Shown: piece after piece, positions 20,201 to 30,209 of the stretch | How the letters are laid out: each line of letters begins with the position of its first letter | Position numbering within the stretch: the stretch's first letter is position 1 | Source: Bdellovibrionota bacterium | GTDB lineage: Bacteria > Bdellovibrionota_C > UBA2361 > CAKMMH01 | Length of the DNA: 64,000 nt | NCBI GenBank assembly: GCA_050952645.1 | Contig: JBMNLI010000007.1 | Location: forward strand, 26,993 to 90,992 | Direction of reading: 5' to 3' | Translations under genes and position numbers: made by a program | The notes under the pieces: generated by a model | The model's input: only the letters and a program-made list of their open reading frames with translations | Told to the model about the DNA's origin: nothing | The model's database searches: none

Positions 20201-21253
20201 GATAATAGTATAAATTGGGTTCAAGCTTCCGAGTTTCATAGAGCGTTTCACGTCTTTAGACATTTTGGCGTTTGGCTTTTTCTAATATTTTTAAGCTTTT
20301 TAGTAAATATTAAAAGCCTTCTTAAAAAAACTAGCCTACTAAAAATCTTCTTATATTTAGTAGCATCGAGCGTGCCTTTTATTTTCGCTAGCTTTTCGCC
20401 TTTTGAAAACATTTCTTTAGGTATTCAAGCGATAAGTGCATCGTTAATTTTTATTGGGTTAATAAGTCTAGGTGATGATAATTTTTTAAGAAGTGTTTTT
20501 ATCGTTACCTTTGCTATCTTACTGTCTTTTACTGAGCTTTGTTATATTGCAGATAGACCTAACACGATATTTAAGTTTTATTTAGGGATGTGGTTTTTAA
20601 TAGGAGTTGCTAGTCTTTTATCGTTAGAAGATATTTTAAAATATAAAATATCAATATTTTTGTGTTCAGTATTATTTTTTATAAGTTTAGCAAGCTCGTG
20701 CGTTATATATTATATAATGGCAAAACATACCCATGTAGGAACTGAAAAAGTAATAGGAACGTTAAATGGGACGGAGTTTTTAAAATCACGCTACCAAGAC
20801 AGGCTAAACGTTGTTTCTTATATAAATTCTCATATATTTAAAACTCCAGTTTTAATGGAGGCTTATGGGAAACCTTATATGCCAAACACCACTTTGCCGT
20901 ACCAAAAATACACTGGGCTTCCTATCGTTCAAGGATGGGCTCATCACACTTTTCAGCGTGGCACTAGTAGAGAAAGCATAGCGGAGAAAAAAAGAGATAT
21001 AGATAGCTTCTATTTAACTTTAAATAAAAATGAGATTAAAAGAATAATAGATAAGTATAATATCTCTTTAGTAGTAGTAGGAGAAAAAGAACGAGAAAAA
21101 TATCCGCTTCTTTCTAATGATGCTAGTAATAAATTTAAGCTATATAATGATATTTTTATTAGTTTATATTCCTCTAATGGTGAAGCGGTGTATTTAGTTC
21201 ATAAGAACAGGGCAGATTTTAAAAATTCGGTAGATTTTTTTGTTGGATATTAA
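17285..21253 (+). CDS. Two-module membrane glycosyltransferase: ArnT/PMT-like GT-C fused to a DUF2298 (Chlor_Arch_YYY) domain
   Basis: N-half has the HPDE acidic loop after TM1. C-half has GEKTMDLGFLN...GDPWSVGSKLSYYFFG, EFPFWSFIFSDLHPH, TNTWD and GLPIVQGWAHH motifs. Confidence 0.8.
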   Translation: MKNFFKNNKILIFILLFAATLRFLNLGFQIGSHPDERGIVMISLNTATNNYNPQNFHYGHFVYYLLFFSSQFFKYLSGTFPKIEIFKFLSSYDGAFYIGRSYAVVLSLITIFFTYLLSYRLFNKKIALYSSFFLATNPFFISLSRYYTTDIFVVCFMVMSAYYALKAYELSSYKNYLLSVFLASLGFTSKISIAMLVFPLTYIFILFLLKNKNYKSFKFYFQYVLVPIALSLLTIFIFEPFLFLDFSSFIKDNKLQLDMIKGKYMPPYTRQYLETSRVLYHLEQMLFYTIRPVGFILMILGFYSLYGKCSKCTKYTKKENFKLAKIFLFLLVVPAFLITSTYFVKFPRYLLSIYPYLMIFVALGVVFFKNYKEKVVGIFAIIVSIILALDSISIYFKEHSYVVASRWIYENVPKFSTIANPHWDDVLPLHLPNISASDFKYNYHTREQELALYEESTDSNLEKFANTLLNADYITFPADRMFRGILDKFSQNREYSIKILSSLFDGSLGFEKVYVYKSLSLLSTLGVYSDDLADESLTGYSNPKTYIFKKVKQLNLDELKDTIKTPNNKKILDKVLKEKNFDINSLVVDLSTPRKSSTFFTSIYYIIFWLIAVDLMSMYILPFLFIVCKNFRDKGYGIFRVLGLVVFAFVVWILAIVFGFKITRFNLFVVLLSLYVVSYWFAKIKNIKILDIKEAFLKNILKIEVFYLSIFLIFAIFKFLSPEIVWGEKTMDLGFLNYFIRLETLPCGDPWSVGSKLSYYFFGYFTFSLIHKLFLIPSEYGFNLSLILSASMLATSLLTLFYYFKKSINFSIFASASVLLLSNLEMFYIYFFDKTKVWQLNFDLYWKAARVHEKYSHAISEFPFWSFIFSDLHPHVMAMPIFICMLICFAYIYKEEKYNKLFFILFPITAVVLCMTNTWDVVSISFLATVFTLLLIFFKCRKSLYVIKTFFILSIISLVFFCPFYLYHLSASDNSINWVQASEFHRAFHVFRHFGVWLFLIFLSFLVNIKSLLKKTSLLKIFLYLVASSVPFIFASFSPFENISLGIQAISASLIFIGLISLGDDNFLRSVFIVTFAILLSFTELCYIADRPNTIFKFYLGMWFLIGVASLLSLEDILKYKISIFLCSVLFFISLASSCVIYYIMAKHTHVGTEKVIGTLNGTEFLKSRYQDRLNVVSYINSHIFKTPVLMEAYGKPYMPNTTLPYQKYTGLPIVQGWAHHTFQRGTSRESIAEKKRDIDSFYLTLNKNEIKRIIDKYNISLVVVGEKEREKYPLLSNDASNKFKLYNDIFISLYSSNGEAVYLVHKNRADFKNSVDFFVGY

Positions 21254-21373
21254 AATCGTTTTAAAAAAAAATTAAAGTTTTAATACTAAAATTTAAAAGC
21301 TAAAAATTTTTACAAGCTAAAATTTTAAAACAAAAATAGTATAAAAAATTTATTATAACAAAAGGAAGCTTAA

Positions 21374-23584
21374 ATGATATTACTATTATTTATATGTCTT
21401 TTAATGTTCGTGTTTTTATTCTTTTCAATTCCAGTTATAGAAGCGTCTTGTATATGTTATATAGCGATGGTTATTTTCTATTTTATTTTAGGGAAAATGG
21501 GAGTAGCAAGCAGTGCATCTATTATTATATCGTTTCTTCTTACATTGCTTTTATTGATATCTTTAAAAAAATTACAATCTGATAAAATTACTAAGGAAAA
21601 TTTAGATAAAAAAAAATTTAATATAAATTTTAATATTAAAGAGTTAAATTATATTTTAGCGTTTGCTTTTCTTTATACTTGTTTTTATATTTTAAATTTA
21701 TCTTGGGGAGATTTTATATCTATAGGAGAAAGGCTAAGGGATTATTCAATTTTAGCAAGCGTAATACATTCACCTATCGATGTAAAGGAGCCTTGGTTTT
21801 CGGGATTAACTTTAAATTACTACGCTTTCTGGTATCGGGCAGGGGCTCTTGTAAGTTATGTGTTTAATTATGAAGTTTTTGAGACGTACCATATTTTATC
21901 TACGCTTAACACGACTTTTTTCGTAATGCTAGTTTTCGTCATATTAAATAAGTATTTAAGTTTTTCTTTTTTTCGATCTGTGCTTCTTACTTTTTTAGTA
22001 TTCCCAGGGAGTAATATTAACGGTATAAAATTCTTTTTTTCAGCCGATACTAATTGGTGGGGACCATCTAGAGTTATTAAAGGTGCCATTACGGAGTTTC
22101 CAGCTTGGTCATTCGTATTAGGAGATATCCATCCTCATTTTTTAAACTTATTATTTTTTCCTTTAATTGTTTTACTTTTACTTTCTTTTACATTTTCTAA
22201 ACAAGATTTAAGGCAGGATTTAGAGCAAGATTCAAATCAAAACAAGATAAATAATATTTTATTATTTATATCTTTTTTTATTTATTCCAACTCTTTTCTC
22301 ATATAATGCTAATGTTTGGGATGTTCCAATTTACTTATTACTGTTTTTTGGACTTTTAACCTTTTTATATATTTTAATTTCTTGTTATAAAAAAAGTTTT
22401 ACATCTTTTAATAGCAAATTAAAAAAATAAGATAAATTTAAATCAATGTTTTTTAGCATTGATTATTTTTATTTTAATAGTTTCATTATATTTATCTTCT
22501 AGAAATATTACTTCCGTTGGTGCGTCTTTAAAGTTTGTAAAAGGAGAGGTTGAAAGAACGACGCTTTATGAATTTATAGACGCTTTTGGAATGCAGTTTT
22601 TCTTAATTTTTGTAGGACTATTTTTACTTATAAAAAATAGGTGTGCAAAAGTTTTGCTTTCTATATTACTAGTAGGAGCGATACTGTTTTGTAAAGTAGC
22701 GCTTTTCCCGATAGTTATTTTGCTATGTTTTAATATATATAGAATACATGAAGATGTAAAAAGCAGTGATGATTATTTAAAAGATAATAAAAAGCTAGTG
22801 TTTGAAACATTAGGCGTAGTTTCTTTGCTTCTATGGGCAATTCCTGAAATTGTATATCTTCAAGATGGCTATGGTGTTTTACATGCTAGAATGAATACTA
22901 TTTTTAAAATTTATAGTGCTAATTGGGCTATTAGTTTTTTATTTGTTTTTTATTTAATAAGACGTGTTTTAGAAAAATATAAAGAAAGTAATAAAGAAAA
23001 TTATAATGATAATGAAAATTATAATAGTAAAAATAAGCAAGTCGTTTTAACTTTTAATATATTATTTTCTTTTATTTCGCTTATATCTGTGCTTTGTTTT
23101 TTTAAATTAATCGACTTAAGAAAAACGGATTATAAGGCTAGTTTTAAGGAAAGAAGTGCTGGGCTTATAGAGTTAAATAAGATAGATGGCGGTAAGTTTA
23201 GCGGAGTTAAAAACACGATAGAAGATTTAAGGACTAGAGAAAGGGGTGTGGTTTTAGAAGCGACTAATGGAGCTTATAATTACGCTTCTCACGTAGGAAC
23301 GCTTTCAGGCAATACGTCATATTTAGGCTGGATAAACCATGTGGGGTTATTATATAAAAATCATGATGATATAAATATTAGAAAGCAGAATATAGATGAT
23401 TTTTATACGAAAATGAGTTGCTCTGAGAGGAAAACGGTTTATGAAAGATAATAATATATCTTACGTAGTTCTTGGGCCTTTAGAAAAGGAAGAATATAAG
23501 GATAGAATAAATAATGATTTTTATTGTTTGAAAAATATTATACAATACGGAAAGTATAGTATTTTTATGCCCTTTACTTTTTAG
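21374..23584 (+). pseudogene. Second DUF2298-family membrane protein, broken by three +1 frameshifts (or assembly errors)
   Basis: GERLRDY..EPWFSG..LNYY, EFPAWSFVLGDIHPH; NANVWDVP in the next frame after T7 (22273-22279); continues after A7 (22421-22427); tail MKDNNISYVVLGPLEKEEY after A4 (23431-23434). Confidence 0.8.
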
Positions 23585-23724
23585 TGGAGATTTTCTTTTA
23601 CGTCCTTTGCTTTTATGAGGGGGGTGGCTTAAAAGAAAATCGACACGAGCGAAGCTCTAGGGGCGATTTTCTTTTAAGGCCTATGCGTAATCGATGATAA
23701 GTGTGGGAACTAAAAGTAAAGGGC
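23569..23724. repeat. Composite hairpin element carrying the inner module of family A
   Basis: Outer IR gccctttacttt(t)tagt/actaaaagtaaagggc; inner perfect IR ttaaaagaaaatcg/cgattttcttttaa. Confidence 0.7.
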
Positions 23725-23806
23725 TGTAATTTTTATGTCCTTTACTTTTTAAGCATAAAGAAGCTTGTTTTTGTAAAGCAATAATTTTATAAAGGAATAA
23801 TATTTA

Positions 23807-24778
23807 ATGGATAATCTTTATTTAGAAAAGCGCAAAGCTTCTCTGCAAAGTATTTCAGTAGTAGTTCCGTGTTATAATGAAGAAGAGGTAATTACAGAAA
23901 CTTATAAGCGGTTAAAGGCAGTATTAAATAAGGTCGGTATTCCTTATGAGATTATTTTTGTAGATGATGGAAGTAAGGACAATACTTGGGGGTTATTATC
24001 AGAGCTTTCAGATAATGATAAATGTGTAAAAGCTATAAAACTTGCTAGAAATCATGGACATCAATTTGCACTTACTTGCGGGCTTGATCAGAGCAAAGGA
24101 GAGGTGGTGCTTATAATCGATGCCGATTTACAAGACCCTCCCGAGCTTTTAGAAGAAATGCTTGAAAAATGGAAGGAAGGCTACTACGTAATTTACGGCA
24201 AGAGGATAGCGAGAGATGGCGAGAGTCGCTCGAAGAGATTTTTTGCTTTTAGTTTTTATAGAATTATTTCAAAAATTTCAAAAATAGAAATTCCAAGAGA
24301 TACTGGAGATTTTAGGCTAGTCGATAGAAAGGCTTTAGATGTTTTGCTTAAGATGCGTGAACCGCAAAGATTTATTAGAGGCATGGTAGCTTGGATAGGT
24401 TTTCCGCAAACGCCTATTTTATACCATAGACAGGAACGCTTCGCAGGAAGCACTAAGTATCCTTTTAAGAAAAGTTTGCTTTTAGCCTTCGATGCTATTA
24501 CATCTTTTTCATACGTGCCGTTAAGGCTTACTACTTATTTAGGAATGTTTTTCTCGTTCTTTTCATTTATATATTTTATAGTAGTAATAGTATTAAAATT
24601 TAAGGGGGTAAACTTTTCAGGATACACTTCTTTAATGGGAGCGATTTTAATGCTCGGTGGCATTCAACTTATAATGCTAGGAATTATAGGAGAGTATGTA
24701 GGAAGAATTTTTCAGCAGGGGCAAAAAAGACCGTTATATATAATTCAAGATATAAAAGGAGAACCGTTTGAAAAATAG
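23807..24778 (+). CDS. GT2 polyprenyl-phosphate glycosyltransferase (GtrB/ArnC-like)
   Basis: [35 protein letters not shown] motifs and two C-terminal TMs. Confidence 0.93.
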   Translation: MDNLYLEKRKASLQSISVVVPCYNEEEVITETYKRLKAVLNKVGIPYEIIFVDDGSKDNTWGLLSELSDNDKCVKAIKLARNHGHQFALTCGLDQSKGEVVLIIDADLQDPPELLEEMLEKWKEGYYVIYGKRIARDGESRSKRFFAFSFYRIISKISKIEIPRDTGDFRLVDRKALDVLLKMREPQRFIRGMVAWIGFPQTPILYHRQERFAGSTKYPFKKSLLLAFDAITSFSYVPLRLTTYLGMFFSFFSFIYFIVVIVLKFKGVNFSGYTSLMGAILMLGGIQLIMLGIIGEYVGRIFQQGQKRPLYIIQDIKGEPFEK

Positions 24779-26074
24779 CAAAGAAAGAGTAGCTATCGTA
24801 GGAGCTGGATTTGCAGGACTTGCTTGTGCATTCGATTTAGCAAAAAATGGGTTTGATGTTACTGTATTTGAAAAAGAAAGCGAAGCTGGAGGGCTAGCAG
24901 GAAGTTTTACTTTAAAAAACGGCACATCCGTTGAAAAGTTTTATCACCATTTATTTACTACCGATAAAGATATTTATGATTTTCTAGAAGAGTTAGGTTT
25001 AAAGTCGAAATTAAGAGCGTATGAAAGTAAAACTGGAATATATTGCGATGATAAAATTTATTCACTTTCATCGCCTTTAGATTTATTAAAGTTTAAGCCG
25101 TTAAAATTTTAGAAAGAATAAAAATGGGATTAGGAGTGCTAAAAGCAAAGGCTATAAGAAGCTATCTTCGTTTAGAAGATATGTTTGCAACTACTTGGCT
25201 AAAAGATAATTGTGGAAAAGAAGCTTATAAGAAAGTTTGGCTTCCACTATTAAAGGGCAAGTTTGGTGATTGCTACGAGGAGATTTCTGCCGTTTGGATA
25301 TGGAATAAATTTAAGTTAAGAGGCGGTAGTAGGAATAATGGAGGACACGAAGTTTTAGTGTATTTTGAAAATGGATTTAAGGAAATAATTAGTAAAATAT
25401 GTAGCAAGCTTGAAGCACTCGGAGTTAAGTTTTTATTTGATAGTCCCGTAGATAAGGTAGAAAAAGAGGGCGATGAGTTTTTAGTTTATTCTAATGGGAG
25501 TGTGTATAATTTTAAAAAACTTTCGTTTACTACATCTCCTAAAGATTTTGTAGATGTAGTAAAATTTTTGCCTACCGATTATAAAAACTCTTTAATGCGT
25601 ATTAGGCATTTAGCAAATATTTGTTTAGTTTTAGTTTTAGATAAAAAATTTTCAGATATTTATTGGCTAAATGTAGCAGATGAGAATTTTCCTTTCGTAG
25701 GGATAATAGAGCATACTAATTTTCATAGTAGTGAGCATTACGGTGGAAAGCATATATTATATTTATCAAAGTATTTAAAAGAATACGATGTGCTTTACTC
25801 TTATTCAAAAGAAGAGCTAGTAGACTATAGTTTAAAGTTTCTACAAAAAATAAATCCAGATTTTAAAAAGGATAGCATAGAAGAAGCGTATCTGTTTAAG
25901 TCTAAGTGTAGCCAACCAATTATTGAAAAGGAGTATTCTAAATTATTATTTAGCATGAAAACTAAGGTTGATAATTTGTTTTTTACCTCGATGGCGCAAA
26001 TTTATCCTCAAGATAGGGGGACTAATTTTGCGGTTAAGTATGGAAGAATGTTAGCTAAGGAAATGTTAGGATAG
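24768..26074 (+). pseudogene. NAD(P)/FAD-dependent oxidoreductase (amine oxidase/PPO-like), split by a -1 frameshift (or assembly error)
   Basis: [11 protein letters not shown]...VEKFYHH first part; adding one T to tttt 25107-25110 gives KFLERIKMG and joins ORF 25124..26074 ending IYPQDRGTNFAV. Confidence 0.8.
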
Positions 26075-26118
26075 TTTTAGCTAAAATTAACTTAAAGGAT
26101 AAAAGGAAAGTTTATTAA

Positions 26119-28116
26119 ATGAATAGTAATAAAGAAAAATATTTTACGAAAGGACAGTGGGTGCTATATGGGACTATAATAATTTTAGCACTACTTTTTA
26201 GAGGCTCTGGGCTGGAAGATAGACCTATTCATCACGATGAAGCTATCCATTTAATGCAAGGATATTATTGCTACGCTTGGCCTATGGAGCGCCCAGGCGA
26301 GCCTTGCTATAAATACGACCCTATGACGCATGGTCCTTTTTTATACCATTCTTTAGGTGTAGTTTACAGGCTTTTAGGTAGCTCTGTATTTTCAGGAAGA
26401 GTATATATGGCATTTTTAGGTTTTATCTTTGTGCTTCTTCCTTTCTGTTTTAGAAAGTATTTAAAGCCTAAAACTACATTATTTTTAACGATGCTTATAG
26501 GACTTTCGCCTACTATGATTTATTGGTCTCGGTTTGTTAGAAGCGACTACTTGATGCTTTCTTGGTGGTGCATGATTTTATTAGGAGCCGTGCTTGCTCC
26601 GCCTAAGTGGAAATCGTTTTTCGTTATATTAGGTTTAAGTTTGCAGATTTGCACTAAGGAAAATTCGTACGTTTTCTTTGCGATAATGTTAGGGTATTTG
26701 TTGTTTGAGTATTGTTTTTGTAAGTTTAAAGATAATAGTTATAAGGAGACGTGTTTATATAAAATATATAAGAATTTTTTATCTTATAAATTTATGTATC
26801 TTGTATCGATAAGTGTTTCTCTTTTTGTGATGTATTATTTTTTCTCTAGTGGATTTAAATATTTTTTAGACTCTCCTTCTTTCTTTGAAAAATATTTTGG
26901 CACATTGCTAGATGGTATTTATAGAAAAAGTTTTGCATATTGGTTAGGCTTACACGGGGAGGAAAGAATAAAGGGACCTTTCTTGTATCAATTTTATATG
27001 ATGGCTTGGCATGAGTTTTTTTTAGTGCTCGTGTTTTTAGGGCATATTGTTTATCTTATGAAAAAAGCTATTTGGGCAAGATACGTATTTATTTTATCTT
27101 TCTTAACATCGATAGTTTTAGCTCTAACGCATAGTTATATCGGGCTTACAGATACAGTGATTTGGAATTTTTTTAAATTAAAAAATACTTATGATTTTTT
27201 TGGCTTATGTATTTTGCCTACTTATTCAGTTGTAGTGACTATTTATCATTTATTAAGAAATGAAAAGGCTTTAGCCTTTTTTGGTTATTTTGCATCGGCA
27301 AATATGGCGACTTACTGTTATCTAGGAGAAAAAGTTCCTTGGCTTAGTGTATATCCTATTTTAGCTTTTATGATTTATTATGCTTTGTTATTTAACGAAG
27401 TGCTTAAATCGCCTTTTTACGATAAGGCTAAAGAGTTTAGTGTAGCGCTTATGATGAATATTATTGGTGGCATTAGTATATTGCTCGGTATAATTTTTAT
27501 ACTTCAATCTGAAAATTATAAGGTATTAGGCAATATTGACTTTATAGTATTTGGTATTATTTTATGTATATTAGCGAGTAGTTTTAAGGAAGCTAAGTTT
27601 AATCTTATAAAATTTATTTTTATAGTCTTTTTTATTTATGATATTCGAGTAGCTAGGATAGTTAATTTTCAAAATGCTGGAAGTGAGCGTGAGGTTTTTA
27701 GTCAAGTTCATACATCGAGAGAACTACATAATGTTTTAAATGGCATAAAAGATACGATAGATTCTTATAGGTTAGGCTATGAGCCTTTGATGTATGTAAA
27801 GGGAGAAACTGAGTGGCCTACCGTAACTTATATGATCGGCTATAGGCAATTAAAGTATTCTATGGCAGGGCATAAGTTAGAAGATTTTAAGTATTTAATT
27901 GAAGACCAGGAGTCGACTAGGAAAGAGAAAAAGCAAGAGAGCATCGTTAAGGGGCATGAAGATAAGTATAATTCTAGCTTGATAAAGACTAGATATTGGT
28001 GGGCTCCAGATTACGACAAGATGACGTTAAAGGCATTTTTAAATTACTCTTTTAATCACGTTCCTTGGAGTGGGCCAGGGTATTTTCATGCGATGTTTCA
28101 TGTTAGGAAAGAGTAA
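26119..28116 (+). CDS. TIGR03663-family GT-C-like membrane protein
   Basis: RPIHHDEAIH and YKYDPMTHGPFLYH, SRFVRSD, TKEN, GEKVPWL motifs; many TMs. Confidence 0.8.
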   Translation: MNSNKEKYFTKGQWVLYGTIIILALLFRGSGLEDRPIHHDEAIHLMQGYYCYAWPMERPGEPCYKYDPMTHGPFLYHSLGVVYRLLGSSVFSGRVYMAFLGFIFVLLPFCFRKYLKPKTTLFLTMLIGLSPTMIYWSRFVRSDYLMLSWWCMILLGAVLAPPKWKSFFVILGLSLQICTKENSYVFFAIMLGYLLFEYCFCKFKDNSYKETCLYKIYKNFLSYKFMYLVSISVSLFVMYYFFSSGFKYFLDSPSFFEKYFGTLLDGIYRKSFAYWLGLHGEERIKGPFLYQFYMMAWHEFFLVLVFLGHIVYLMKKAIWARYVFILSFLTSIVLALTHSYIGLTDTVIWNFFKLKNTYDFFGLCILPTYSVVVTIYHLLRNEKALAFFGYFASANMATYCYLGEKVPWLSVYPILAFMIYYALLFNEVLKSPFYDKAKEFSVALMMNIIGGISILLGIIFILQSENYKVLGNIDFIVFGIILCILASSFKEAKFNLIKFIFIVFFIYDIRVARIVNFQNAGSEREVFSQVHTSRELHNVLNGIKDTIDSYRLGYEPLMYVKGETEWPTVTYMIGYRQLKYSMAGHKLEDFKYLIEDQESTRKEKKQESIVKGHEDKYNSSLIKTRYWWAPDYDKMTLKAFLNYSFNHVPWSGPGYFHAMFHVRKE

Positions 28117-28123
28117 GTATTTT

Positions 28124-28153
28124 GGTTCTAAAACCCACTTAAAACGTGAAGAG
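28124..28153 (+). repeat. Minimal fragment of repeat family A
   Basis: ggttctaaaacccacttaaaacgtgaagag matches the right end of the other copies. Confidence 0.65.
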
Positions 28154-28177
28154 TAAGTATTTTAAGGTGTAGCAGAG

Positions 28178-28648
28178 ATGACAAGAAATACAAAAGGAGC
28201 GATAAAAGTAGTAGCAGAAAATAGAAAGGCTTCTTTTAATTATGAGCTTTTAGAACGCTTTGAAGCTGGGCTAGTGCTTAGAGGGGCTGAAATTAAGGCT
28301 CTAAGGGAAGGGAAGATAAGTTTACAAGAGTCGTATATTCGAGTTATAGATGGAGAGCTTTATTTACTTCAAGCGCACATAAGCGAGTATTCTCATAGCA
28401 ATGATAAAACTTACGATCCTGTAAGAAAGCGAAAGCTTTTAATGCATAAGAAAGAGATTTTAAAACTTGGAGCGAAAGTTGAGACGAAAGGTTTGACGCT
28501 AGTTCCCGTAAAAGTTTATTTGAAAAACGGATTTGCTAAGCTCGATATCGCATTAGCTAGAGGAAAAAAATCTCTCGATAAAAGAGAAGCGATAAAAGAA
28601 AGAGAGCAAAAGATAGAAGCTAGCAGGGCTTTAAAGTATAGAAGATAA
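28178..28648 (+). CDS. smpB: SsrA-binding protein
   Basis: NRKASFNYE, EAGLVLRGAEIK, RKRKLLMHK, ARGKK..DKR motifs. Confidence 0.97.
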   Translation: MTRNTKGAIKVVAENRKASFNYELLERFEAGLVLRGAEIKALREGKISLQESYIRVIDGELYLLQAHISEYSHSNDKTYDPVRKRKLLMHKKEILKLGAKVETKGLTLVPVKVYLKNGFAKLDIALARGKKSLDKREAIKEREQKIEASRALKYRR

Positions 28649-28724
28649 TAAATATTTTGCTTATTTGCAGTTTTGTTTTAGTTTATTTTATTTTAGTTTC
28701 CGTGAGAGGAGTGGGGGAAGAATT

Positions 28725-29132
28725 GTGGAAAAACTTAAGTTAGATGTATCAAGGCTTAGAAATGCCTTAGCGTCTTTAAGAAGGTGCTTTAATGATTACA
28801 AGGCTAATACTAATGCTACAATGCAGGAGTATATAGAGGATGCTTGTGTAAAAAGATTTGAGTTTACCATAGAAACTTCATGGAAGATTATGAAAAAATA
28901 TTTAAAAGAGGTTTATGGTGTGCAAGATAGAGAACTTACGATAAATAATATTTTTAGACTTATGCAAGGTTATGGATTTATAAAATCATGGGAAAGTTGG
29001 AAAAGTTATTATGAAAGGAGAAATGAAGAGTATAGCCCTAAAAACACTAAAGAGATTTTAAATTATATAGGGCCTTTTTTAGAAGACGTAACATTTTTAT
29101 ACGAGAAGCTTAACTTTGCATTAGATAAATAA
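28725..29132 (+). CDS. HEPN / nucleotidyltransferase substrate-binding protein (HI0074-like)
   Basis: KRFEFTIETSWK motif; GTG start after gaggag; paired with the downstream MNT gene. Confidence 0.85.
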   Translation: MEKLKLDVSRLRNALASLRRCFNDYKANTNATMQEYIEDACVKRFEFTIETSWKIMKKYLKEVYGVQDRELTINNIFRLMQGYGFIKSWESWKSYYERRNEEYSPKNTKEILNYIGPFLEDVTFLYEKLNFALDK

Positions 29133-29148
29133 CGAAAGGGAGAAATAG

Positions 29149-29457
29149 ATGAAATACGGGATAAACGAGAAAGAATTAGAGATTGTAAATAGTATTTTAA
29201 GCAAGTATGAAGAAGATTATTCTTTTTATTTTTATGGTTCTAGGATAAAAGGTAATTTTCAAGCAACGTCGGATTTAGATATTTTAATTAAGGGGGGAAG
29301 TGAGATGCCTTTAAACGTGCTAAACAATTTAAAAAATGGGTTTGATGTATCGCCTCTTTCTTTCATTCCTAATTTTTGTGATTATCATAAAATTTCTAAA
29401 GAGTTTTATGAACTTATTAAGGCAGATCTTATTTCTAATAGGGAATTGATAGTTTAA
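29149..29457 (+). CDS. Minimal nucleotidyltransferase (MNT) antitoxin
   Basis: YGSRIKG...SDLDI pol-beta motif; 102 aa. Confidence 0.9.
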   Translation: MKYGINEKELEIVNSILSKYEEDYSFYFYGSRIKGNFQATSDLDILIKGGSEMPLNVLNNLKNGFDVSPLSFIPNFCDYHKISKEFYELIKADLISNRELIV

Positions 29458-29459
29458 CT

Positions 29460-29530
29460 TTTTTATTCTTTGTTTTTATTCTTTGTTTTTATTCTTTGTT
29501 TTTATTCTTTGTTTTTATTCTTTGTTTTTA
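29460..29530. repeat. 13-bp tandem repeat (tttttattctttg) x~5
   Basis: Read directly between convergent genes. Confidence 0.85.
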
Positions 29531-29543
29531 TTTTTTTTGTTCT

Positions 29544-30209
29544 TTACTTAATCACATTAAAAATTCTTTTTAAATCGTTAAACGACCAATAGATAAAAAG
29601 TGCTTTGCCTTTAACTCTTTTAGTAGGGAGAAAGTGGCTGTTCCAATATCTCGAATCTTTCGACCTATCTCTATTATCTCCTAGTAAAAATATATGTCCT
29701 TTTGGAACCGTTATTTCATCGAACTCTCCGCTTGGTAGACCGCCGTAAACCCATTGAGCGTAGTCTTCGTGCGTAGGTTCTCCATTTATGTAGACTATCA
29801 TATTTTTTAGCGAAACCTTATCGCCTTCGACAGCTATTACTCTTTTTATAAAATTCATATTTTCTTCTTCTTCGCTATCTATATCTTCTTTAGTAAACAC
29901 TACGATATCGCCTCTTTTAGGTTTCGAGTATTCATAGACGGCATTATCGACAAAGGGGAGCCTTATTCCGTAAGCAAGTTTATTTACTAGTAGATAGTCG
30001 CCTATTTGTAAGGTAGGTATCATAGAGCCTGACGGGATTTTAAACGCCTCGATAATCGTTCCTCTAATAAACAGCCATAAAACTAGAAATATCGCAGCGG
30101 TTTTGATAAAAGAAACTATTTCGTTATTACGTTTTTTATTTTCATTATCGCTTTGTTCGTTTGGCTCGCTTTGATCATTTTGATTTTCTTTATTTAATTT
30201 TTCTTGCAT
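29544..30209 (-). CDS. lepB: Signal peptidase I
   Basis: IPSGSMIPTL catalytic Ser, FIKRVIA Lys, GDNRDRSKDSR. Confidence 0.96.
   Translation of the reverse strand: MQEKLNKENQNDQSEPNEQSDNENKKRNNEIVSFIKTAAIFLVLWLFIRGTIIEAFKIPSGSMIPTLQIGDYLLVNKLAYGIRLPFVDNAVYEYSKPKRGDIVVFTKEDIDSEEEENMNFIKRVIAVEGDKVSLKNMIVYINGEPTHEDYAQWVYGGLPSGEFDEITVPKGHIFLLGDNRDRSKDSRYWNSHFLPTKRVKGKALFIYWSFNDLKRIFNVIK

Noticed and set aside
15925-28600. Apparent change in G versus C content along co-oriented plus-strand genes (possible old inversion)
   Set aside because: Judged by eye from a few lines only; needs a computed GC-skew/GC3 profile.
28178-29530. Prophage or island at smpB/ssrA, or suggested by the holin-family gene at 36035
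   Set aside because: No integrase, att repeats, tmRNA or phage structural genes; the YvlD-type family is commonly chromosomal.
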